Origin: a virus
IMG/VR virus record: IMGVR_UViG_3300028831_000035
Span: 1-64,000 of that record
Reading direction: 5' to 3' (one strand)
Length of the DNA: 64,000 bases
Shown: one piece after another, positions 37,306-45,990 of the stretch
How the letters are laid out: every line of letters begins with the position of its first letter
How positions within the stretch are numbered: position 1 is the first letter of the stretch
Notes under the pieces: generated by a model
Databases searched by the model: none
What the model was told of the DNA's origin: nothing
Seen by the model: the letters and a program-made list of their open reading frames with translations, nothing else
Position numbers and translations under genes: made by a program

Positions 37306-37808
37306 TTGTTCCAGTCTGTGTTGTCTTCCACCCGAGGTCCAGCCTTGATCTGCTCTTCAACCTCGTCGGGTAGGTTGAGCATGCCTGCGTTGGTGGCCGG
37401 GGAGATTCGGATAACCACCTTGCCGTCCGTCTCCTCGGAGTCTTCCATCTTGTGCGACGTAATGTTTACCACATTACGGTCGTTACCAAGAAGAACTCCC
37501 TGGATGGCATCCTCGGTGGCCTTCTGCATATTGGTGGCGTCGATCTCGTTCTTGACAACCACCTTCTTGGCACCTTGGTATCGAACGCGACGATGCCAAA
37601 ACCAGAACTCGACATCGACTTTGCCGGGAAGCTGTTCCGGATTACTTTGAAGTAGGGCTTCCCGTACAGCTTCCTGGTAGGCTTCGAGGCTCGGGTCTTT
37701 GCCGACCCGCTTGTAACTGACCGGCCCGACCTTCCATGGCTCAGGGTTGATCCAGAGGACATAGTACCTGCTGTTCTTGTCGTAAGGAAGCGTGATCAAA
37801 ACAGCCAT
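37299..37808 (-). CDS. rusA: RusA-family Holliday junction resolvase
   Basis: 169 aa. EIDATNMQKATEDAIQGVLLGNDRNVV matches the RusA D-x-D/T-N-x2-K-x3-D-A-x-x-G...(D/N)D motif. Confidence 0.75.
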   Translation of the reverse strand: MAVLITLPYDKNSRYYVLWINPEPWKVGPVSYKRVGKDPSLEAYQEAVREALLQSNPEQLPGKVDVEFWFWHRRVRYQGAKKVVVKNEIDATNMQKATEDAIQGVLLGNDRNVVNITSHKMEDSEETDGKVVIRISPATNAGMLNLPDEVEEQIKAGPRVEDNTDWNKW

Positions 37809-37936
37809 CCCCAGGTCGCCATCACTACCTTCGCCCCGATCCCTACCACCACCGCAGCCACCACGAAGAGGACCGTGACGCCCACTACAGCCCCGAATAC
37901 GCGGATCGCTACGGGCATGTCCGGTGGGTTGACCAT
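37796..37936 (-). CDS. small membrane protein (46 aa)
   Basis: This is an internal ATG of track ORF 37796..38134. The ATG shares one nt with the upstream stop (TGATG at 37934-37938). It reads MVNPPDMPVAIRVFGAVVGVTVLFVVAAVVVGIGAKVVMATWGWLF. Confidence 0.45.
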   Translation of the reverse strand: MVNPPDMPVAIRVFGAVVGVTVLFVVAAVVVGIGAKVVMATWGWLF

Positions 37937-38367
37937 CAGTGCCGGGACTTCTTGGGTCGGGAAGTCTGCACCAAAAGCTTCTGTTTCGGGAACATCAGAT
38001 AGACGCCCATCTGGAGTGAGGTCGCCAAAGTCAGCTCGGCCATCGCCCCACGGCTCTGCGCCCATCCTGGAAGAAGAATGATACTTCCGGCGCCCGCCAT
38101 TTCCTTGATCCCAATGCGCATGTAAATCTGCCACGTCTCACTTCCCCTCTCGATCCCGTGGAACTTGTCGTAGTCTTCACTGAGATCAACCGGATTGATG
38201 ACCTTGGGGTACCCATGAGCGATGAGTAGATCGCGCGCCTCGGTGAAGACAGGTGCGTTGTACTCCGAGATGCCAGACACAGGACCAGCCAGGTAGATCG
38301 GACTGTTCTCATCGGGCCACTCGACATCAGGCTGGGAGTCGCCGATGAGATGCAGCACGTCAGTCAT
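37936..38367 (-). CDS. DUF4406 / nucleoside 2-deoxyribosyltransferase-like protein
   Basis: 143 aa. IYLAGPVSG...YN...F...INP...LLPGWAQSRGAMAELTLA pattern. Confidence 0.65.
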   Translation of the reverse strand: MTDVLHLIGDSQPDVEWPDENSPIYLAGPVSGISEYNAPVFTEARDLLIAHGYPKVINPVDLSEDYDKFHGIERGSETWQIYMRIGIKEMAGAGSIILLPGWAQSRGAMAELTLATSLQMGVYLMFPKQKLLVQTSRPKKSRH

Positions 38368-39461
38368 GATTCCTCGTTCTTAATAGGGGATACCCACGCC
38401 TGGTAATCGCCCGAGCTGATGCGCATAGGCAGCATCATGTTCTCGGGGTTGTAGGCGAGCGTCACCATTTCGCCAGGCGCAGATGACAGGGCATTCGCGA
38501 GGTCGTTCTGGTTGAACTTGATGTGCACGCGCGCGTGGGTTGCAGCACCAGGCACGTCCACCACATCACCGAACAGTCCGTCATGGCCGGACTTTACGCT
38601 GAACGCTACCTCTTCTCGACCAACGTACATCGTGCAGTAGAGGTCACGTGCACTGCCGACCACGTGCTTGGTTCGGGTGAGCATGGCGACGAGATCTTCT
38701 CTACCCGCCGCGACTTCCTGCGGGTACTTAATCTCGGGGAACTTGGTAACCGGCGGGAACTTGTCTCCCAACAACCCGATTCGTAGCTGCGTGGACGGGT
38801 CGGGTGACAGTAAAAGCTGCGTGTCGGTACGACCAAGTCCAACTGTGATTCCCGGCTTGACGAGTGGTCCGAGCTGTACACCCTGGAAGACAACCGGCTC
38901 GTCGAACGGAGTCTCCATCGGAACCATGCAGATTCGGAACCTGTTAGTGCAGGCCAGAATGCCGTTACCAAGATAGGCGCCAGTCATAGGCGGGAGGTTA
39001 TCCTTGCTGGCCGCCCACATCACGCGTTCGTACTTGCCACCGAAGTCTAGAATCTGGGCGAGCGACGAGGGATCGTAGGCAGACCACTCGGGGTAGTCGT
39101 CACCCAGGATGAGCTGTCGATTCAGCTTCATCCTTCCGGACTCAAGGTGAACTGTACTGTCCTTGTCGTACATCTTCACGGTCTTGTTGGGACCGATGGG
39201 GAGGGTCGAGATAACCGAAGCGAACACCTTCGACGGAATCCGCCAGGTAGTCTCGTCCCCCTCCATCTCTAGCGGCTTGATCCACTCGGCGTAGAAGATG
39301 TCCAGGTTAGTGGACTTCACACGCACGATACCTTCGGCGGGCAGGATCTCCAGCACGATACCTGCCGCCTTATCAAAGGCCATGCCGGTGGTCGGGGCGA
39401 CCGAGGCAGCCTTCGCAAAGGCAGACGCGAGGCTAGCTGTTTCGAAGACTACCGTGGTCAC
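38364..39461 (-). CDS. dnaN: DNA polymerase III beta sliding clamp-like protein
   Basis: 365 aa. The three-domain length and N-terminal pattern (F.....L......A...V.......) fit, and ACTNRFRICMV is equivalent to the ATDGHRLA segment. Confidence 0.75.
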   Translation of the reverse strand: MTTVVFETASLASAFAKAASVAPTTGMAFDKAAGIVLEILPAEGIVRVKSTNLDIFYAEWIKPLEMEGDETTWRIPSKVFASVISTLPIGPNKTVKMYDKDSTVHLESGRMKLNRQLILGDDYPEWSAYDPSSLAQILDFGGKYERVMWAASKDNLPPMTGAYLGNGILACTNRFRICMVPMETPFDEPVVFQGVQLGPLVKPGITVGLGRTDTQLLLSPDPSTQLRIGLLGDKFPPVTKFPEIKYPQEVAAGREDLVAMLTRTKHVVGSARDLYCTMYVGREEVAFSVKSGHDGLFGDVVDVPGAATHARVHIKFNQNDLANALSSAPGEMVTLAYNPENMMLPMRISSGDYQAWVSPIKNEES

Positions 39462-39468
39462 TGCTCTC

Positions 39469-40050
39469 CTATGCGACGAAAAAGAAGTTGTCGACCATGA
39501 ACTTGTACTGCTCGACTGCGCCGTCGAGGCAGTCGGTAACGCGGTGGTTCTTGCTCACCTTCGGCATGGCGTCGTGAACCGGCTTGTTCACAAGCTTGCA
39601 TACCTCGCGCAGGCTGGACACGTCAGCGCCAGGGCGGTAGTGAAACCAGTCGTTGAGCTTTGGCATATGCACCTCGACCCAGTTCCGATCGAAGCGCACG
39701 TTCGCACCACTCATCGGGATTACGCCGGACGAAAGGCTGTTCTTCTCCAGCCACTCGATAGCGTCTTCCTCGACGTTCTTAATCCAGTGGCCCTTGTCCA
39801 TCGCGTCGATCCACAGGTTGTTATCCGTGTGCATCTTCTCGACGTACTCGTCGACGCTGGCGTACAGTTCTTCCTCGTCGATCTTAGGCTGGATCAACCA
39901 GGATGAACTGTTCAGTGTCACCTCGCCGAGGCCGTCGGTCACGCGCAGTCCGAGTTCGAGGGGTTGCCACTTCGGGTTCCGGGGATCGAGTCCGGGAGTT
40001 TCCAGGTCCAGCCAGACCAGTACGTCGCTCGTGCTCATCGGGGTCTTCAT
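39469..40050 (-). CDS. DEDD 3'-5' exonuclease (oligoribonuclease/DnaQ-like)
   Basis: LVWLDLETPGLD (ExoI), a downstream acidic motif, and H-x4-D (KNHRVTDCLD). The start is set at ATG 40050 (alternatives 40038 or 40143), because the upstream part of the track ORF overlaps the HTH gene. Confidence 0.75.
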   Translation of the reverse strand: MKTPMSTSDVLVWLDLETPGLDPRNPKWQPLELGLRVTDGLGEVTLNSSSWLIQPKIDEEELYASVDEYVEKMHTDNNLWIDAMDKGHWIKNVEEDAIEWLEKNSLSSGVIPMSGANVRFDRNWVEVHMPKLNDWFHYRPGADVSSLREVCKLVNKPVHDAMPKVSKNHRVTDCLDGAVEQYKFMVDNFFFVA

Positions 40051-40279
40051 CACTCCACTTAACAATCTGGGCTTCGATGAGGGCCTTAACAAAGTCTTCT
40101 TTCCTAACTCGTCGGTGCCCACCGGGGGTACGAAAGAAGGCAAGCTTACCCTGGGTGCACCAGCGGGTAACCGTCTTCGAATCCACTCGAATGATCTCGG
40201 CGATCTCGCTCATCCGAAGAACATCCTCGTACCCGTCCAGGTTGACAGGTGAGACAGCCTTCGTCTCGTAATCGACCAT
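39884..40279 (-). CDS. excisionase/MerR-like HTH DNA-binding protein
   Basis: 131 aa with GGAAGG RBS. LRMSEIAEIIRVDSKTVTRWCTQGKLAFFRTPGGHRRVRKEDF is an HTH_17 pattern. The Arg/Pro-rich last 50 aa overlap the exonuclease gene. Confidence 0.6.
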   Translation of the reverse strand: MVDYETKAVSPVNLDGYEDVLRMSEIAEIIRVDSKTVTRWCTQGKLAFFRTPGGHRRVRKEDFVKALIEAQIVKWSDEDPDEHERRTGLAGPGNSRTRSPEPEVATPRTRTARDRRPRRGDTEQFILVDPA

Positions 40280-40283
40280 CGTA

Positions 40284-40538
40284 CTACCTTCCGTTAGCGG
40301 AGTAAAACTCTTTCAGATCGTCCTTGTTAATGATCCAGGACAATCCGTCCCGACGAGCTTTGAGTTTGCCCTTCTTGATCCAGAGCTTTACCGTCTGCTC
40401 CTGCACCTTGAATAAGGAGGCTACGGTGCGCACCCCCATTTCCTCGGGAAGGATCGGTTGAGGCAAGATGGTGGCGGACTGAGCTGTATCCTTCGACTCG
40501 GTGTTGGCAGTCGCATCCTTCGCATTCCTCGTGGTCAC
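40284..40538 (-). CDS. excisionase-like HTH DNA-binding protein
   Basis: 84 aa. VRTVASLFKVQEQTVKLWIKKGKLKARRDG..WIINKDDL. Confidence 0.7.
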   Translation of the reverse strand: MTTRNAKDATANTESKDTAQSATILPQPILPEEMGVRTVASLFKVQEQTVKLWIKKGKLKARRDGLSWIINKDDLKEFYSANGR

Positions 40539-40783
40539 GAGGCTTCTTCGGATCGCGGCATTTCAGGCAGATCAACGGGAATCCTTTCCAGCTGCAAGAT
40601 GCTTTGCGCCTTGCAAACTACTTCTTCCTTGGAGTTGCCGGTCACAGAAACATCGATGATCTCGTAGTGTTCCCGCGGGACAACAGTCTCTGACGAGTAC
40701 CGATCAGCCTTGACTTTCTGTTCGGGCGTGTCCACCCGAATCGTCACCCGAGCTGTGTACTTCGTCCCCGGAAGGTCTGCCAT
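40535..40783 (-). CDS. hypothetical protein
   Basis: ATG 40783 with GGGGAGAG 4 nt upstream. The track ORF begins at GTG 40804. Confidence 0.55.
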   Translation of the reverse strand: MADLPGTKYTARVTIRVDTPEQKVKADRYSSETVVPREHYEIIDVSVTGNSKEEVVCKAQSILQLERIPVDLPEMPRSEEAS

Positions 40784-41018
40784 CCAACTCTCCCCACTTC
40801 TCACCCATACGAGTCATACACTTCATGACGACCTGTCGCCAGGCGTTTTGCTGTGCCTTGGTGGCCGTGGTCCACGTTCGCTGCGGCTGACCAGCCTCGC
40901 GCCAGAAGTCATTGCAGAGTTCTTCGGCAACACCTTCCAGCCAGTTATTGAAATCGATCAGCTCGGGCGGAAGAGCCTCGACCATTTGATCGAGCAGCTT
41001 TAACAGCTCTAAATCCAC
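40704..41018 (-). CDS. hypothetical protein
   Basis: 104 aa. The N-terminal 75 aa look genuine, and the tail overlaps the next gene by 80 nt. Confidence 0.5.
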   Translation of the reverse strand: MDLELLKLLDQMVEALPPELIDFNNWLEGVAEELCNDFWREAGQPQRTWTTATKAQQNAWRQVVMKCMTRMGEKWGELDGRPSGDEVHSSGDDSGGHARTESQG

Positions 41019-41118
41019 GGCGGATCAGCCATTCTCCTAGTCGGAATACTGCAATGGTAATGACGAGCGCTGTGATCATGGAAGCAGCAGTGATACACAC
41101 GATCACGAACAGCTTCAT
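40945..41118 (-). CDS. small membrane protein (57 aa, below the track cutoff)
   Basis: ATGA overlap with the helicase stop. It reads MKLFVIVCITAASMITALVITIAVFRLGEWLIRRG..., and its tail overlaps the next gene. Confidence 0.3.
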   Translation of the reverse strand: MKLFVIVCITAASMITALVITIAVFRLGEWLIRRGFRAVKAARSNGRGSSARADRFQ

Positions 41119-42596
41119 ACCGTTGTCTTTCCCTTCGCCATAAGGAGTTCGAGCAGTTTCCTCTTGTAATCTTCCTGCTCGATGATCGACTGCACCCTAG
41201 CTTTTTGGCGAAGGATCTCGTTGACGCGTTGCTCCTTGCTGCCGCGAACTAGATACTCGAATGCAGTAACAGGTCTGGTCTGACCGATACGATTGAGTCG
41301 GTCGATCGCCTGCTTGTTGATGCCAGGAGCAACGTCTTTATCGATGAACTGAGCATTGGATGCAGCTGTCATGTTCAATCCAATACCAGCGACATCGATT
41401 TGACAGATGATCACGCCGGGATGGGAACTGCTTGACCACTGGTTAACTACGTCCTGCCGCATGTTGGTAGGTACGCCACCATGCAGCTCCCAGGTCAACA
41501 CTCCCTGCTTGCCAAGTCGTCGACGCATCGCCTCAATGACCGGCCGGAACTTAGTGAACTGCACTACTCGCTCACCGTTGCCCACCAAATTTAACGCATC
41601 GTCGGTCACTAGGTCAAGCTTGTAGCTGTGATCCTCTTCGATCCCTAGAATCGTTGCGGTCGTCGCGCAAATCTGACGCAGCCTAAGGAACTGTGTCAAC
41701 GCGTTATCAACAGCAACAGGATCTTTGACGTTCGGCAAGAAGTACTGTTCATCCTCAGTGATTTGGGAGTACAGTTCCCACTGCTTAGGATGCATGTCAA
41801 CGAGACGAGGAACGTAGCTAACCTCGTCCATGTTCAGTACTTCTTCTTTCAGTCGTCGGATCATGAAGCCGTCAAGCTCATCCTTGAGTTCAGCTTCATT
41901 CTTGGTGCCGACGATTGTCTTACCCTCGTACCCACCGTACACGGCGTACCTGTTCACGAACGCCCAGAAGTTATTGAACCTCCTGGGATGAACCATGTTG
42001 AGCAGCTGCCATAGCCCGTCCACCATGCCGAGCATAGGCGTTCCAGTAAGCAGCACGGTTCGAGTGGCTTGCAGTTTGACGCAGGCCTTCGTCCGCTTCG
42101 CCTGTCGGTTCTGTAGGTAGTGTGCCTCGTCGAAGATCCGCATGTGGAACTCTTCCTTCTCAAAGAGTTCCGGATGGTCACGGATCTGCTCGTAGTTGGC
42201 AATCAGAACCTTCGGCCCAGGCATTGCCTGGTATTCCAGGAACTGGATGATTCGTTCGGACTTGGTCAGCTTCCGAGTCCCACCCGGGCGCCGGTAGTCG
42301 GGGCCGACTCCGAAGACAACGTGCGGGATCTCGGTGAACTTGGCAAACTCATCTGCCCAGTTTGTTTTCAAACTGACTGGGCAGACTACGATCGCAGTAT
42401 CGCCTATGCCTGTGAACACATCCATCGCAAACACAGTGATAGCCTGGATAGACTTGCCCAAGCCCATGTCGTCTGAACAGATGAAGTTCCTTCGTCTGGC
42501 CATCCATCGAATACCGACGATCTGGTGATCGTAGTACTGGACCGAGTCCTTGATCCATGGAGCCAGTGACTTGCGAGGCGCTACTGTAGTAGTCAT
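41115..42596 (-). CDS. SNF2/RAD54-family helicase
   Basis: Motifs DDMGLGKSIQ (I), DEAHYLQN (II), LLTGTPM (III) and QAIDRLNRIGQ (VI). The start is set at ATG 42596 (TAATG overlap with the upstream stop), not the track start at 42710. Confidence 0.9.
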   Translation of the reverse strand: MTTTVAPRKSLAPWIKDSVQYYDHQIVGIRWMARRRNFICSDDMGLGKSIQAITVFAMDVFTGIGDTAIVVCPVSLKTNWADEFAKFTEIPHVVFGVGPDYRRPGGTRKLTKSERIIQFLEYQAMPGPKVLIANYEQIRDHPELFEKEEFHMRIFDEAHYLQNRQAKRTKACVKLQATRTVLLTGTPMLGMVDGLWQLLNMVHPRRFNNFWAFVNRYAVYGGYEGKTIVGTKNEAELKDELDGFMIRRLKEEVLNMDEVSYVPRLVDMHPKQWELYSQITEDEQYFLPNVKDPVAVDNALTQFLRLRQICATTATILGIEEDHSYKLDLVTDDALNLVGNGERVVQFTKFRPVIEAMRRRLGKQGVLTWELHGGVPTNMRQDVVNQWSSSSHPGVIICQIDVAGIGLNMTAASNAQFIDKDVAPGINKQAIDRLNRIGQTRPVTAFEYLVRGSKEQRVNEILRQKARVQSIIEQEDYKRKLLELLMAKGKTTV

Positions 42597-42973
42597 TACC
42601 CGGTAACCTTGAGCGGGTCGAGCACAATCCTGTGCGCCTTGCCAGCAGGAGAGATGAGTGTAATGGTGTACCTGTGGCGGTTGCTGATGAGTACCCCGAT
42701 GTACTTCCAAACAGTCTCGAATGACATGAAGTACTTATCATGCCAAGCGTTTGGACCAGCCCTATGAAAGACGCGCCAGTCATTGATGCGCTTGCGCATG
42801 TTAGCCTCGCGACTGATGGCCAACTGCGGGAGAACATCCCGCACAACTTCGACCTGAAGTGCAGCCTTGTACGCATCCCCTTTGACGGAATGGTACGACC
42901 AGATTTCAACTTCCTTGCTAGCCGAGGAAGTCTTCGGGACGCACTCCGTATGACCGCCTTCGAACAGTGCCAT
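42596..42973 (-). CDS. hypothetical protein
   Basis: 125 aa with GGAGA upstream. Confidence 0.65.
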   Translation of the reverse strand: MALFEGGHTECVPKTSSASKEVEIWSYHSVKGDAYKAALQVEVVRDVLPQLAISREANMRKRINDWRVFHRAGPNAWHDKYFMSFETVWKYIGVLISNRHRYTITLISPAGKAHRIVLDPLKVTG

Positions 42974-43103
42974 CCTGATCTATCTCCATACCTGGTGCGT
43001 GCACCGTCTCGGTTACTGGGTCTAGGATCTGCCGGTGGAAGGGCTCACCGCATAGTCCGTCGTCGCAGCACTTACTCGGGGTAGTCGGAAGCGGGTCGTT
43101 CAT
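42918..43103 (-). CDS. small Cys-containing protein (61 aa)
   Basis: This is an internal ATG of track ORF 42918..43217, with a strong GAAGGAGA 6 nt upstream. It reads MNDPLPTTPSKCCDDGLCGEPF... Confidence 0.45.
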   Translation of the reverse strand: MNDPLPTTPSKCCDDGLCGEPFHRQILDPVTETVHAPGMEIDQDGTVRRRSYGVRPEDFLG

Positions 43104-43404
43104 TGGCGATCTCCTTCGTATTGAAGTGATCCTGTCCGCACCCGATGCAGTTACCGAAGCGAAGGTGCGAGATGCCCGACATGATACCCGCAATCTGGGT
43201 GCCCATGCTAGTGTCATTCACCCCTGCCACCCAGACACGCCGGAGGGTGATGAGCTGTTCCTCGTTCAGAACGGTGGTGAGGATCTCGGCGAAGTCGGAA
43301 TACAGTGCGTGGGCCTCGGCCTGCTTCTGTTCGACTTCTTCCTTGCTGGCCGGGCGCCCGCCAAACAGCGGGATCATGAAGCCCTCTGGCTGGTCGTCAC
43401 TCAT
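43072..43404 (-). CDS. hypothetical protein
   Basis: 110 aa. First gene after the terminator at 43423-43455. Confidence 0.65.
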   Translation of the reverse strand: MSDDQPEGFMIPLFGGRPASKEEVEQKQAEAHALYSDFAEILTTVLNEEQLITLRRVWVAGVNDTSMGTQIAGIMSGISHLRFGNCIGCGQDHFNTKEIANERPASDYPE

Positions 43405-43422
43405 GTTACTCCTCGGGGAGAG

Positions 43423-43455
43423 AAGCGGGGCCTGGTCGCTGGCCAGGCCCCGCTT
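43423..43455 (-). terminator. rho-independent-type terminator
   Basis: 13-bp stem AAGCGGGGCCTGG/CCAGGCCCCGCTT, followed on the minus strand by CTCTCCCC. Confidence 0.55.
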
Positions 43456-43467
43456 AAGTTGGAAGTT

Positions 43468-44367
43468 CTAGAACGGAAGGTCGTCGTCCGACTCGACGGT
43501 TGCTTCCACTACGATCGGAGCAGCAGCCTTCGGCGCCGGAATGTTTGCGTTGGCGTGGTGAGCAACCTCTGCGTCACGAGCCACCGCGGTGCTGGCCGTT
43601 GCGGCCGCCTCGTAGTTGGCGTCGCCCTGGGCCTCGTTGCCGTCCTTGTTGCGCGGCGCGGCGGTAAGGAAGTCCCGGATACGGTAGTACGCCTCGGCGT
43701 ACGCGTCCCAGGCCAGCGGGTCCGTCTCGCCGTACGCCTCGAAGGTCGGCGTACCCCAGCGTCGCTGCGAGCCGCCGTTCATCCTGATGCCCATGCGGGT
43801 CTGCCGACTGAACATCGGCTTGCCCTTCTGCACAAAGCCAGCCTCGTACAGCTTGGTCGGCTTCAGGCTGGTGCGCTGCACGGTGAACAGGTAGTTTTCA
43901 CCCTCGCTGCCCTGCAGGATCAGCGTGTGCTGCTCGGCGCACCGAGGCGGAACCGGCTCCTTCCGCGTACCCGACCACTGGTTGAAAACGCATGCCTTGC
44001 AGGGAAGGTACTTGTTCCCGTTAGCGTCGTCCATCAGATTGGCAGGCGCGAAGTTCGATTCGCCCCACGGGAACTTGTGTCGTTCGAGGTCGGCTTCCAG
44101 GGTGGGGTAACCGTTCTGGAAGTTCCGAGACTTGCACTGCGGGATGTCGCCATCCTTCATGCTCGGGTGCCACATGATTCGCTGGGCAACGAAACCCAGT
44201 ACGATACCATCGAAGGTGTCGAAGGTGGACCCGTCGAGAACGTTCTTGAAGACTCCGTTGTCGTTGTCGATACGGAGCCGAGGCACCGTGAGCGAGCTGG
44301 TATCGAAGTCTTCCATGCCCGCCATGGCCAGGTTGCGCTGGTCTTGGCCGTACGCCTCTACAGTCAT
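43468..44367 (-). CDS. putative ssDNA-binding/annealing protein with an SSB-type acidic C-terminal tip
   Basis: 299 aa ending ...ESDDDLPF, the canonical bacterial SSB tail motif. The body has 4 Cys (C..CKAC..PPRC). I recognise no OB-fold family by eye. Confidence 0.6.
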   Translation of the reverse strand: MTVEAYGQDQRNLAMAGMEDFDTSSLTVPRLRIDNDNGVFKNVLDGSTFDTFDGIVLGFVAQRIMWHPSMKDGDIPQCKSRNFQNGYPTLEADLERHKFPWGESNFAPANLMDDANGNKYLPCKACVFNQWSGTRKEPVPPRCAEQHTLILQGSEGENYLFTVQRTSLKPTKLYEAGFVQKGKPMFSRQTRMGIRMNGGSQRRWGTPTFEAYGETDPLAWDAYAEAYYRIRDFLTAAPRNKDGNEAQGDANYEAAATASTAVARDAEVAHHANANIPAPKAAAPIVVEATVESDDDLPF

Positions 44368-44433
44368 CTACGCCTCGTTATGCGTTGGGTTAGCTTTGCG
44401 TTCGCATTGCTGGGGAGCAAGTCCCACTTGGGT

Positions 44434-44462
44434 AGGCTAGTGGATGGGGGATTGGAATGCAA
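44434..44462 (-). promoter_or_regulatory. candidate promoter upstream of the SSB-tailed gene
   Basis: Minus strand: TTGCAT, 17 nt spacer, TAGCCT. Confidence 0.4.
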
Positions 44463-44488
44463 CTTCCGTTATGCCCGTCCTGCCCGAT

Positions 44489-44803
44489 TCAAAACGGGGG
44501 CGGGTTGTTGATCTGTTGATTCAGTAGTCTATGTAGATGGTTCCTTTTCTTTAGGAGTTTATCGAACAATTCTAGTTCGTTCATTGTGAGCCCTTTCCAG
44601 GCTCGAAGATCCTCCCATTCTGAAATCTCTTTCAGTACCTTTACGTAGTCTTCTTTGATTTCCTTCAAGGACTGAACTCGTGCCTGCAAACTTTTCAGAG
44701 GCATCTCGTTCGGATCCTTCACTGTGGGCTTTACCGGCCAGATCGACAGGTCAACCCACTGGCCAGTCGACGGATCAAACTCTAGGTCACCTGAGTCCGA
44801 CAA
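44489..44803 (-). CDS. hypothetical protein
   Basis: 104 aa, AT-richer, with a helical C-terminus. Confidence 0.65.
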   Translation of the reverse strand: MSDSGDLEFDPSTGQWVDLSIWPVKPTVKDPNEMPLKSLQARVQSLKEIKEDYVKVLKEISEWEDLRAWKGLTMNELELFDKLLKKRNHLHRLLNQQINNPPPF

Positions 44804-45044
44804 CCTTGAACCCCTTCCGCCTCAGCCACCGCAACAGTTCGGTCTCTTCTACTCTCCATTCTGGTTTATCCTCGGGCGACGAGATGTTAATGAACAGCAT
44901 CTCGTCGATGGTTCGCTTGGTAATCGTGCGCCCCTTGAAGTGTGCGATGTTCTGCTTGAGCAGTTGCTCGCTACAGCTGATGAGAGTACAAATCTGATCC
45001 ATCGTATACAAGAAGGGGCGCTGCGGCAGTTTAACCTCCGTCAT
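44787..45044 (-). CDS. hypothetical protein (possible HTH)
   Basis: 85 aa. YTMDQICTLISCSEQLLKQNI resembles an HTH. Confidence 0.6.
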   Translation of the reverse strand: MTEVKLPQRPFLYTMDQICTLISCSEQLLKQNIAHFKGRTITKRTIDEMLFINISSPEDKPEWRVEETELLRWLRRKGFKVVGLR

Positions 45045-45694
45045 CGATTGAGTGCTTTGAACTTCACCAGGCCGAGCTTCTCGCCAGCTTCAGTGAAGCC
45101 CTTGAATCGGGTTGGTTTCTTCTCGACAGTCGCAAACCCACGCTGGTCCCACCGCTTCAGTACAGCGTCGACTGCACCCGAGCTGTGCGAGAAACCTTTT
45201 TTCTGCAGCCCAGCCACTATGAAGCCGACTGTCAGTACGTCCTCTTCGTGGAAACCAGCGACGACGAACGGCTTCAAGAACTCGTAAGTTCGCCATTCCA
45301 ATCCCTCCTTTGCAGTGTCGGAAGGTTCGTCGGACATTTCCTCTAGCCGGGCGGCTTCGATGGTGCCAACACGGATGGAGACACCGCCACCGTCCAACAC
45401 ACGGGCCGGAGGGGGTGCGCCGGGGATGGGAAATTCCGGCTCGGGTAGGCGAGCCAGCGTCCGAAGCATCTTCTCTTCGTCGTGGCATGTGCACGTGCAG
45501 TGGTGCGCGAACCTGCACTCGACGCTGACCGAGCCGTCCGAAGACTTCTTCGGCCTTCCCTCGTGGAATCCAGACACACACCAGCCACTGATGTGAGTGG
45601 CCTTCTTGCGTCCGATCTTCTTGCCTACCGTGGGGATGTCCTCTTTGGGCAGAGGTGCAAGCCCTAGACCGGTTGGCCCGTATCGTTCGGCCAT
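45041..45694 (-). CDS. hypothetical protein (Cys/His cluster plus winged-helix-like C-terminus)
   Basis: 217 aa with AAGGGAG RBS. Contains CRFAHHCTCTCH. Confidence 0.65.
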   Translation of the reverse strand: MAERYGPTGLGLAPLPKEDIPTVGKKIGRKKATHISGWCVSGFHEGRPKKSSDGSVSVECRFAHHCTCTCHDEEKMLRTLARLPEPEFPIPGAPPPARVLDGGGVSIRVGTIEAARLEEMSDEPSDTAKEGLEWRTYEFLKPFVVAGFHEEDVLTVGFIVAGLQKKGFSHSSGAVDAVLKRWDQRGFATVEKKPTRFKGFTEAGEKLGLVKFKALNR

Positions 45695-45990
45695 CCCAAC
45701 TCCCTTGCTGCTTCGAGTACCTCGGGCAAGAACGTGATCATCGTTGCGAGACAGTTATCACAGCGTTCCCTACCGTATACCAGGGCAACGGTAGGGAGTT
45801 CCATGAAGCGAGAAAAGCAGGCACTAGTCGCGCACCACTTCCCCTTCAATAACACGAGGGGCGTCTCGTCCCAGATGGTTAACTGATTCAAGTGCGTAGG
45901 TTCGCTTTGCGCACGTGAGGCAGAGTCGTCCGTCGTCTGGGCCACGATTACCACTCTTCCATTCTTGGAATGTGTAGCCGCACGCTGCAA
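45664..45990 (-). CDS. hypothetical zinc-ribbon-like protein, start uncertain
   Basis: It fills the gap between neighbouring genes and has CATSAC...CDNC. Possible starts are TTG 45990, GTG 45945 or ATG 45804. It overlaps the upstream gene by up to 167 nt. Confidence 0.35.
   Translation of the reverse strand: MQRAATHSKNGRVVIVAQTTDDSASRAQSEPTHLNQLTIWDETPLVLLKGKWCATSACFSRFMELPTVALVYGRERCDNCLATMITFLPEVLEAARELGWPNDTGQPV

Noticed and set aside
37796-38134. Full-length 112-aa version of the small membrane ORF
   Set aside because: Its first 66 codons overlap the DUF4406-like gene by 199 nt. An in-frame ATG sits exactly at the upstream stop (TGATG), so the 46-aa version is preferred.
43126-44511. 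461-aa + strand ORF opposite the SSB-tailed gene
   Set aside because: It is antisense to three leftward genes with clear features (promoter, terminator, DDDLPF tail). Its product is Arg/Val/Leu/Gly-rich.
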